A stretch of DNA of 64,000 bases from Hemiscyllium ocellatum. Its lineage: Eukaryota. The position numbers and the translations under genes are program-made. Below, piece by piece: positions 1-11,100 of the stretch. Under the pieces are notes generated by a model. The model was not told the origin of the DNA and did not search any database. It was given only the letters and a program-made list of their open reading frames with translations. The number at the start of each line of letters is the position of its first letter. Within the stretch, counting starts at the first letter, position 1. The stretch is taken from assembly GCF_020745735.1 (NCBI RefSeq), contig NC_083445.1, positions 1,550,001 through 1,614,000 of the forward strand, in the 5' to 3' direction.

Positions 1-680
1 GGGTACACTCGCCCACACACACTGACTCTCACTAGAGTACAGCTCAGCTCCCACACACACCGACTATCACTGGGATACAATCCCACACACACCGACTCTC
101 ACTGGGGTACAATCACATACTGTTTCTCGCTGGGTACAATCCAACACACACTGACTCTCACTGGGGTACAATCCCACACATAATGACTCTCATTGTGGTA
201 CAGCTCCCACACACACTGACCCTCACTGGGGTACACTCCCACACACACTGACTCTCACTGGGGTACAGTCCCCACACACTGACTCTCACTGGGGTACAGC
301 TCCCACACACACTGACCCTCACTGGGGTACAGCTCCCACACACACTGACTCTCACTGGGGTACAGCTCCCACACACACTGACCCTCACTGGGGTACAAGG
401 TCCCATACACTGATTCTCAGTGGGGTACAGCTCCCCCACACACTGACCCTCACTGGGGTACAGCTCCCCCACACACTGACCCTCACTGGGGTACAAGGTC
501 CCATACACTGATTCTCAGTGGGGTATATAGACCCCACACACGCATTGACTCTCACTTGGTTATGGGCCCCATAGACACACTGACTCTCACCGGGGTACAA
601 GATCCCACATACGCGCTGACTCTCACTGGGGTACAAACCCCATACACACTGACTCTTACTCTGATACAATCCCTCATGCA
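1..680. repeat. ~33-bp satellite array (CACACACTGACTCTCACTGGGGTACAGCTCC unit), left arm, runs off the window start
   Basis: Directly visible tandem units; they generate the spurious 'CTPVRVSVCGS' ORFs. Confidence 0.95.
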
Positions 681-1163
681 ATGTAATATTAAATGTAATA
701 ACCTGTCAATGTCTCCCCCCACTGCTCCCTGTCCCTTGAGTGTCAGATGAGGCTTTGTCTGCAGTGTGGTCTGTTGTTGGGTGCAAGTTATAATGTGGGG
801 CTGGAAGAACAGTGTCTGTAATGGACTGGACAGACAGGAAATGTCTAATAAGGAAATCTGTTGATGATGTGCTGATGGCCTTACAGTATTGCTCCGAGTT
901 TGCCAAAGAGCAGGCAGCTGGAATGTTTCAGCTATCAGAGGATTAGCTTGGATTAGAAGCTGACACACAGTGACTGTGATGAACAGTATTGACGATTGAT
1001 GAGTCTGTGCCCTGGTGGTTTGCTTTTTGAAAACTTTTTCTAGTTGGATTCCTGAATAACGGCGATGTTTACATTTGCAATTGTTTGCAGCACCCTAAGC
1101 AATGATGATGGGATTGTTTGGCAAACAGTTACATTAAAACCTGCTCGCTCATAAACTCAGCTA

Positions 1164-1935
1164 TGCATGGGGTCTGCACCCCAGTGAGAATTAGGATGTG
1201 TGTGGAGTCAGTGTGTGGGGGAATGTACCCCACTGAGAGTCAGTGTGTGTGGGAGCTGTATCCCAGTGAGGGTCAGTGTGTGTGGGAGCTGTACCCCAGT
1301 GAGGGTCAGTGTGTGTGGGAGTGTACCCCAGAGAGAGTCAGCGTGTGTGGGATTGTACCCCAGTGAGAGTCAGTGTGTGTGGGAGCTGTACCCCAGAGAG
1401 AATCAATGTGTGTGGGAGCTGTCCCCCAGTGAGAGTCAGTGTGTATGTGGGAGTGTACCCCAGAGAGAGTCAGTGTGTATGTGGGAGTGTACCCCAGAGA
1501 GAGTCAGTGTGTGTGGGAGTGTACCCCAGTGAGGGTCAGTGTGTGTGGGACTGTACCCCAGTGAGAGTCAGTGTGTGTGGGAGCTGTACCCCAGTGTGTG
1601 TGGGGGCTGTACCCCAGTGTGAGTCAGTGTGTGTGTGACTGTACCCCAGTGAGGGTCAGTGTGTGTGGGAGTGTACCCCAGTGAGGGTCAGTGTGTGTGG
1701 GAGTGTACCCCAGTGAGAGTCAGTGTGTGTGGGAGCTGTACCCCAGTGTGAGTCAGTGTGTGTGGGAGCTGTACCCCAGTGAGGGTCAGTGTGTGTGGGA
1801 GCTGTACCCCAGTGAGAGTCAGTGTGTGTGGGAGCTGTACCCCAGTGAGGGTCAGTGTGTGTGGGAGTGTACCCCAGTGAGAGTCAGTGTGTGTGAACAT
1901 GTGCTTGTCTGTACCCCAATAAGAGTGATGTGCGC
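1164..1935. repeat. Same ~33-bp satellite in inverted orientation (GGGAGCTGTACCCCAGTGAGAGTCAGTGTGTGT), right arm
   Basis: Unit is the reverse complement of the 1-680 array. Confidence 0.95.
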
Positions 1936-3906
1936 CCCCTCAATTTCATGTGGGATAGCTGTTCCAGGAGTAAAGGAAATGAAAAGGTATTTTGTTTCGA
2001 CAGATAACAATGTGAAGCTTCTGGATATTTTTGTTTTTCCAGAAAGGAATTGCTTCCCAGTGTGATAACATGCAGCCAGGAAGCCGCCAGTGCTTTGAAA
2101 TGTACCAGATGCTCACATCACGACAGCTGGAATGTAATATCGGCAAAGGAATAAAATTGGAAAAGAATGACAAGTTTTGTCCAGTCCAAACCCATCAACC
2201 CTCAAATAAATCTATTGGAAAAATCTTCCGTTGGATTTTTACAATGTATGGACTGCAGTGAGGATGATTAACATCTCTCACCATGTACAGGCAACCAAGT
2301 GTGAAACCAGTCACAGCTCTTAGAGCAGGAGTCCATTAGCCGCCTATTCAGGTGACCCAGAGTCTCAGGAATGCTTTGAACACAAACAGTCACTAACGGG
2401 AAGCAAGCCTCTGGTATTAAGATGGTATCTCAAACATTTCAAGAAACTCACTTGTCAACACTCCTACTCATGTTGAGACTTCACAGCACAAAGTCGTCTT
2501 CTGGCACACACCCCTGCCCCACATACCAAATACGTCGTCCTATTCAAAAAGTCAACATAAAAACGATTATAAAAGGAAGACCTTGTGTCTGGTTTTCCCT
2601 CTGATGAAGATTAATTGTGGTTAATTTAATTACTCCTAGTTTAGGATGTTGGATGCTGCGGGCTAGTACCAAACCAGACATATCAGCCCAAAATCGAGGC
2701 TGACCACAGCACTGTGGGAGTGCTAAACTGGAAGCATCTTTCACCAATGTTATTAAAGAGATACAGTATTATCTATTCCAGTGAAGATCTCACAGCTCAC
2801 TTTGCATAACAGTAGGAACCTCTCCCTATTCATCCATCAACCAAATCTAGTAATATACTTGCCCATAATCAATTATTTATTTCTTCACTGTTTGTGGTAT
2901 CCTTTAGTTTAGCTGTGTATATGCACAGTAACTGTGGGCCTGCGATTCACTGCCTGAGACAGCTGCACACTTACAAGTGCGGGCAGGCACACTGACCGGC
3001 AGCTCGATCCCACAGATCTGTTCACAGATACTGTTCCCTGCCAACAAGGCGCATGTCTATTAATCGCTCTCTTAGATCACAACAGTCTGAATGGCACAGA
3101 AGTCACAAAGGCTCGATTCTTCAACTCCCAGAAACAGTCTGCAGGGCTCTGGCAAAACAGATAGCAACAAGGAATCTTTTCCAATCCATGTCCCTTGTTC
3201 TTCATGTTTGCCACTTCATTTTCTTTCAAACGATATGATGGACAGTAACACAGTCTTGGCTCTATTCTCAGAGACCTGTTTGAACACTAGGATGTATTCA
3301 AAACCTGCCAAACACAAAACTGAGTGAACCCCAACTTGTTTCCTCTTTATGCAAATTGTCCTTGTATTTTGAATGGCCAATTAGGAAAAACGGCTTAACT
3401 ATCCCACTGTAAATAACGTTCTAGGTCCTTTTTCCTTTTGGCTGGTCACCCCCATGGCAATCCCAGGTGACATGGGCAGTTTTTGGGACGAGATGAGATC
3501 ATAGTCAGGAAAACAATTCATTCTCTGAGAATGCTCTGAGAGGCTTTTGTGGTGCAGTGGTGGTGTCCCCACCTCTGGTCTAGAAGATCTGCTTTCATGT
3601 CCTATCTCTGGAGTAGGTGGGACAGGTCAGAATATCCCAGCCAGTTTGGTCTTTAAAGGGAGATCACACTAACATGTAGGTGACAACAGTGCTGCCCCCC
3701 CCCACAGTGAGATCAAGAGCTGGACTGTAGCAGCTTCGCCCCGACTCCTGCTCAGGCTTCCTGCATTTGATAGTAGTGTCTACACTGTCAGCAATTCGAG
3801 CTGTCTCCCCAGCCAGAGTCTCAACTGGGCACACTCCCCCTAGTCACTCTATTGTAGCCACAGCTGGAGCCTCAGCAGTGATGAAACGAATGAAAACTCG
3901 CAGCGT

Positions 3907-3912
3907 TTTATT
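3907..3912 (-). terminator. Probable polyadenylation signal (AATAAA) of GTF2F1, giving a ~1 kb 3'UTR
   Basis: TTTATT on the plus strand, the first AATAAA I found downstream of the stop at 4936. Confidence 0.65.
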
Positions 3913-4935
3913 GGATAAGGTATTGAGCCTGAACCATTACATGTGATTTCATTGCACAACAAATACAGATACTGAACAAGTTTAACATTTGACAGAACCA
4001 ACACAGAGGAACGTTACAGCACATTCCACCTCACTTACATTTTTGGTTTTACTGAGCTCTCCAGCCCAGCGATAGGAGAAATTCTGCTCATTTTGGTCTT
4101 GCACTGACAAACCCACTCCCACCTTATCCTGAACCAAATCTCCAACAACCCTCTGCCCCACAATCCAGCCCCCAGGCTTCAGTCATACCTGGTGTGTAGT
4201 AATCCACTGGAGTTGATGTGTGTTTGTACGGAGTCTTTATCCTTCCCCCACATAGATACTTCTCCTAAACATTGCTGCCCGCGCCTCCCCACCTCCCCCC
4301 ACCCCATCCCCGGCTATGACTGGTGCTTCAAAGTTGTCAGCAGGTGGAAAGGCTTTTGCTACAGTCAGTTCTGTACTTAAAGGCTTGGTACCCAATCCAT
4401 ACAAACTGTCCCGTCACAGGAGATATTGTACTCCTAGACTCTGTGTGAATTGTACAGTCACGTTCTACCCAGGAGCTTCTCTGTTGGTTATGTCTGGTGA
4501 GCCACTCTGGTCACGCGTGTAATATGAAGTCAGGCTGTCCCAGTGAAGCTGCTGTGCGTATTGATGCCTGTTTGACAGGAGGGATTTCCTAGAGCAGGTC
4601 CTGAATGGCTCAGGTCCCACGGTAAGGCTCCAACAACAAGCAGCACCCACAAAGGAGTATCTGCTACATCAGGGCCCTCCATAATGAGACTGATTTTGAT
4701 CCAGTTTAAGGTTTGCCTGTGCTGTGGGTTGAACCTAACTCTCACAAAAAAAACCCTTGTCCTTCATCCCTTCAGTCAGGGTTGGACTGAAAGCCAGGGC
4801 TCAGGAGGGAAGAAAGGACAAGGCTGAGTGCAGACCATAACAATTACCATATTGTACAAAATGACAGCAAGAGGTCAATCCATTATATACAGGAACAAAA
4901 TCAAAAGCTACATACACACACAGACTGGGCCACTG

Positions 4936-5146
4936 TCAGTTCCCTTCCTTCAGGAAGAAGTGCATCTTCTCATTAATCATCTTCCGCTCAGGATTGAGTT
5001 TTTTCAGGATCTGTGCCAGGACATTGACTGTCTGCTCACTGCTGAGCCCTGTCTTCTTGGTTTGAAACTTCTTCAGCAGGTCCTTGGTGGTCATGGGTTT
5101 TCGGGTGAGATACCGTCGAACTGCATCCTCTGTTAACTGGATATCA
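4936..5146 (-). CDS. GTF2F1: GTF2F1 coding exon 13 (C-terminal winged-helix, FCP1-binding region)
   Basis: DIQLTEDAVRRYLTRKPMTTKDLLKKF...MHFFLKEGN*; TGA at 4936-4938. Confidence 0.97.
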
Positions 5147-8100
5147 CTGCGGGGTGGGGGTGGGGAGCAGGGAGAATGGCCAGGGGGTTAATCATGGGCA
5201 TCTCACTCAGTGACAACTGTGCAGCAACCCCCTCCTCCCCCGAGCCCACAAGCAACCCGCCCCTTACTCAATACCCCATCCCCCAGCATCTCGTTCAACC
5301 CCATTCACTCATGTCTCACTATCACTTATCCCCAACTCCAGCCTGCCCCCATACTGACCCTCTCCTCCCCTCCCCCCAACCAGCACTCACCCCCACCACC
5401 TCCATTTCCCCATCCTATCCCACACACCACCCACTCCCCGTCCCACTATCCCATTCCGCCTTGTCCTGCTATCCCATTCCACACCATTCTGATCCCATTC
5501 ACCGATCCCACTCCACACCATTCTGCCCTGTCCTGCTATCTCATTCCACACCATTCTGCCCCATTCTGCAATCCCAGTCACCACCATTCTGCCCCATCCC
5601 ACTATCCTGCTCCCCACCCTTCTACCCTATCCTGCTATCCCACTCCCCACCATTCTGCCCCGTCCTGCTATCCACTCTCCCACCATTCTGCCCCGTCCTG
5701 CTACCCCACTCCACCATTCTGCCCCATCCCTCTATCCCACTCCCCACCATTCTGCACCGTCCCACTATCCCACTCCCCACCATTCTGCACCGTCCCACTA
5801 TCGCATTCCCCACCATTCTGCCCTGTCCTGCCAGCCCATTCCACACCATTCTGCCCCACCCTGCTATCGCACTCCCCACCCATTCAGCCCCTCCCTGCTA
5901 TCCCACTCTCCACCATTCTGCCCCGTCCCATAATCCCATTCCCCACCATTCTGCTATCCCACTCCCCACCATTCTGCCCCATCCTGCTATCCCACTCCCC
6001 ACCATTCTGCCCCAACCTGCTATCCCACTCTCCACCATTGTGCCCCACCCTGCTATCCCACTTTCCAGCATTCTGCCCCATTCTGCTATCCCACTACCCA
6101 CTATTCTACCCCATCACATTATCCCACTCCCCTCCATTCTGCCATGTCCTGTTATCCCACTCCCCATCATTCTGCCCCATCCTGCTATCCCACCCCCCAT
6201 CATTCTGCCCCATCCTGCTATCCCACCCCCCATCATTCTGCCCCATCCTGCTATCCTACTCCCCATCATTCTGCCCCATCCTGCTATCCCACTCCCCATC
6301 ATTCTGCCCCATCCTGCTATCCTACTCCCCACCATTCTGCCATGTCCTGTTATCCCACTCCCCACCATTCTGCCCCATCCTGCTATCCTACTCCCCATCA
6401 TTCTGCCCCATCCTGCTATCCCACTCCCCATCATTCTGCCCCATCCTGCTATCCTACTCCCCACCATTCTGCCATGTCCTGTTATCCCACTCCCCACCAT
6501 TCTGCCCCGTCCTGCTATCTCACTCCCCACCATTCTGCCCCAACCTGTTATCCCACTCCCCACCATTCTGCCCCATCCTGCTCTCCCACTCCCCACCATT
6601 CTGCCCCGTCCCACTATAGCACTCTCCACCATTCTGCCCCATCCTACTATCCCACTCCCCACCATTCTGCCCATCCTACTATCCCACTCCCCACCGTTGT
6701 GTCCTGTCCCGCTATCCCACTCACCCGCTGCTTGGGGTGGATTTGCCGGATTGGGGTTGTGGGGTGGATTTGCCAGAGGCAGACTGGGGCCCCGTATCCA
6801 TCTTCAGCCGCTTGGCCACCGGAGTTTCTGCAGAGTTACCCTGCCGCTTCCCTGTGAACAGGAGACACCGGAATATTAAACATTCCCCGATTCGGAGCCA
6901 ACAGTCTGGGTCCGGAACAGTTATGTTGTTGTGCCACCCCATCATGTCCCGTGGGCACTCAGACCGTACCCCTATCCCCACACCCTCTGTTTCACTGGGA
7001 ATTGAGCACAGCCCCTTCCCTGAGGTAGGGGTCAGGCTGAGCAGAGTGTGGGGGGGGATCTCACCTTGCTCCAGTTTGTTGGCAGCTGCCTTGAGTGTGG
7101 ACGAGGTGCTGATCTGTGGGGTGGGTGTTCCCGGGCGACTGTTCCCACAGGAACTGGTATTTGATCCTCTCCAATCTTTCTTTGGGGGCGTTTTCTTCTT
7201 CTTTCAACACAAGAGAAAAAGAAAGGTTCAGAGATGGCAGGGCGCCCTCGGGGAGTGTGGACCCGGAGGGTGAACGTCAGAAACTTACCGACATGAAAAG
7301 CGCTGAGGCTGCTTCAGACTCGATGTCACTTTCATCCGAGGATTCCGATTCCTCGCTGCTGTCTGTGGAAACACAATCACACCTCAGCTCTCACAGATTC
7401 CAGCCCCGTTCCCCAGGAAACAATCCACAGCTACACCCAGCAGCTCCAGCACTGTAACTGAGTGTGGCCCAGGGACTGATGGAGGAGCCTGGGGATTAAT
7501 GAGGCAAGCTTCCACCACCGCCTCCCCCCCTCCCCCCCTCCCCCCCACCTCATCATTGCTGAGACAGCAACACTGGCCAGGGTCTGACAGACATGACCAC
7601 AATGAGATTACCCAGTTACTGACACTGGCCAGGGTCTGACAGACATGACCACAATGAGAACATGTTGCCTCACATCTGCAAGCAAAAGGGACAGTCAGTT
7701 CTGACTCCACTGGGTTCCATCCTACAGCAGTTTTAAGCACAGGGCCCTCAACAGACAGTGGACCAGGGGAATGGAAAGTTACTGACTGCACTTTCAACTG
7801 TTTTGGTACAAACTGCGTGAATACTGGCCAGTTCACCAAGTCCTGGATCACAGCTTGGGTAATCGCAGTTCATTAGCTACAAGATCAGAATCTTCCAGGG
7901 GAACAGATGGTGCTGCAGGTAATATTGTGGGCAATGGTTCCTCTAGTTCTGGCCTCGAGCTCTCTGGACATCGGTTACAGGTCCTGATGTCAGCTGGGAG
8001 AAACATGAAAGGCTCCCCACAATGAGAGAAAATTCCATCAGAACGAGGAACAGCTCGAATGTTAGAGGGGGCAATTTAATCTCTAGATAAGGGACAGTAT

Positions 8101-11100
8101 CATTGCACAGGAAAAGCATTCACAGACGTGCAGAGACCAGAACAGGAGAGACAGATGCACCATCTCCCCTTTCATACACAGGTCTGAAACAGCAGCTGGA
8201 GAACAGATTCCAAACCTTTGTTTTTCTTTTCTCTCTTTTCAGGGGCTGCAGATTTCTTGTCGTCATCTTCCTCATCTTTCTCTTCATTTTGTTTTTCCTC
8301 TTCACTCTCCTCACTGCTCTCAGATCCAACAGTCTCATCAACGCCTGAGAAACACCATGCCAGGAGAATTCAGAAACCAGACCGGGATGACACAGAAACT
8401 GATCATGACAGTGATAACAGATTAACAACAGAACCTACAGAGGAACAGGTCAGGAAAGCTGCCAAACATATCGATGAAGGAAAAGTAGAGCACAGAGAAA
8501 TGTGGGGCCATTGCTGGAGAACTGGCAATTGCAAATCGAGGAATGACAGAAAAGGTTTTTAAAAAAAAAATTGTCTGTCTTCTCAGGTACAGGAAACCTC
8601 CCAGAAATAACAAATCCAAGAGACGAACACAAATGAGAAACTGAAAACATTATGTCTAAGTAACTGGACTGTCAGTAACATCATTCTCACCTGCTCACCC
8701 ACTCTCTCCCCCTACATTGGTCTCTCTCATTTCCCCCTCACTCTCTCCTTGTGCTGTTCTGTCTCATTCCCCGCTCACTCTCTCCCCTTACATTGTTCTC
8801 TCTCGTTCCCCCCTCACTCTCTCCCCTTACACTGTTCTCTCTCATTCCCCCCCTCACTCTTTCCCCTTACACTGTTCTCTCTAATTCCCCCCTCACTCAC
8901 TCTGCTTACACTGTTCTCTCATTACCCCCCTCACTCATTCTCCTTACACTGTTCTCTCTAATTCCCCCCTCACTCTCTCCCCTTACACTGTTCTCTCTCA
9001 TTCCCCCCTCACTCTCTCCCCTTACTGTTCTCTCTCGTTCCCCCCTCACCCTCTCCCCTTACACTGTTCGCTCATTCCCCCCTCACTCTCTCCCCTTACA
9101 CTGGTCTCTCTCATTCCCCCCTCACTCACTCTCCCCTTACACTGTTCTCTCTCATTCCCCCCTCACACTGTTCTCTCTCATTCCCCCCCTCACTCTCTCC
9201 TTACACTGTTCTCTCTCATTACCCCCTCACTCTCTCATTCCCCCCCTCACTCTCTCCTTACACTGTTCTCTCTCGTTCCCCTTCACTCCCTCCCCTTACA
9301 CTGTTCTCTCTCGTTCCCCCCTCACTCTTTCCCCTTACACTGTTCTCTCTCGTTCCCCCCTCACTCTTTCCCCTTACACTGTTCTCTCTCGTTCCCCCCT
9401 CACTCTTTCCCCTTACACTGTTCTCTCTCGTTCCCCCCTCACTCTTTCCCCTTACACTGTTCTCTCTCATTCCCCCCTCACTCTCTCTCCTTGAACTGTT
9501 CTCTCTCGTTCCCCCCTCACTCTCTCGCCTTGAACTGTTCTCTCTCATTCCCCCTCACTCTCTCTCTTTGCACTGTTCTCTCTCGTTCCCCTTCACTCTC
9601 TCCCCTTACACTGTTCTCTCTCTCATTTCCCCCTCACTCCCTCCCCTTACACTGTTCTCTCTCGTTCCCCTTCACTCCCTCCCCATACACTGTTTTCTCT
9701 CGTTCCTCCCTCACTCTCTCCCCTTACACTGTTCTCTCTCGTTCCCCCCTCACTCTTTCCCCTTACACTGTTCTCTCTCGGTCCCCCCTCACTCTCTCCC
9801 CTTACACTTTTCTCTCTCATTCCCCCCTCACTCTCTCCCCTTACACTGTTCTCTCTCATTCCCCCCCTCACTCTCTCCCCTTGTGCTGTTCTTTCGCGTC
9901 CCTCCCTCCCCATGCTATTCTTGCTGGTCCCTTTAATCATTTTGTGATTTTTTAGGAATTTGATCGCAAAGTGAATCAAAGGCGATATAGAAGATCAACC
10001 AATTCTAGTGTCTGAATTCACACCCTTTACCTACAGATGGTTCATTTCTTTGTGCCTATTTTCTCAAACCCATCACATCTTGAACAGCTCTGTCAGTGTA
10101 TGACTGAGTGTACTTGGAAGAAGTGGATGCTGTTTCATTCTGGTTTCTTACTGTAATTATACTTTAGCTGTTAACTGTTTTAGCCACTTGTTTAAAGAAT
10201 AAGTCTTACTTATAATAAAGGAATTATTTTTCAGTTGTTCCAAGTCATTTGGTTGATCGCTCTTCTCCAAAGAGACTATTGTCGGGATTGTACTGACATT
10301 TTACATTTTCAGTGCAGCTCATGGGCTGGTCTGCCCCCTGCTCATCAGGATGCAGAGGATAGTGACTAATGCAGTGACATTGACCGAGAGCTGTGTAGAG
10401 ACTGCAAAGATCAGAATCCCAGCTGCAGCTTCTCACAATCTCAATGTCTGGGATGAAGGACTGGGTGTAATACTTACAACTTTGCAGATGACAAATTAGA
10501 TGTGAACATTATTCTGTACTGGGCAGTTACTAGGCTCCAGTCAGAACTTAAGAACATACAAACTCATTGTATGCTGTAATCCAACAGGGAGGCTTTATTC
10601 CGAAGCTCTGTACTCTGTAAGGACTCGAAACAAGTCTGAACAAGCCTGACTGCTGATTCAGAGGACTCACCTCTTAAAGCGACACTGTTCCTAACATAAC
10701 ATCCCACAACTACAACATCGAACCAATGAGAGCTACCAGGTGGATAGAAAGAGGCTTCAAGGAGACTTGGACAAATCGAGGGAACGGGCAAGTGTGTACA
10801 GATGGAATGGAATGTGGATCAGTATGAGGCCATTCACTGGGGTCACTGGAACACAGGTGATCTTTGAAATAGTTGTTACTGATGTCAGACTGGACCCGAG
10901 TGCCCTTGTTTACAACTTACTAAAATCTCACATGCCAGTACAACAGGTACGGGCAAGATAAATGCTATGCTTGCCACCCCTGCAAGGGGATCCAAGTCCC
11001 GGAGTCAGTCAGTCTTGGGTGCAGTTGTAAACTGGTGAGACCCTACCTGGAGTATTATGTGCAGCTTTGATCTTATTTAAGAAGGGATATACTGTCAGAG

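Noticed and set aside
158-2065. Cys-rich repetitive ORFs (CTPVRVSVCGS)
   Set aside because: Satellite translations, open in several frames on both strands.
5176-6879. 567-aa and 469-aa Pro/His-rich ORFs
   Set aside because: Translations of a 33-bp minisatellite on the antisense strand of a GTF2F1 intron.
7570-7659. 38-bp local duplication in a GTF2F1 intron
   Set aside because: Ordinary two-copy tandem duplication with no further structure.
8751-9979. Ser/Leu/Pro-rich ORFs
   Set aside because: 39-bp minisatellite.
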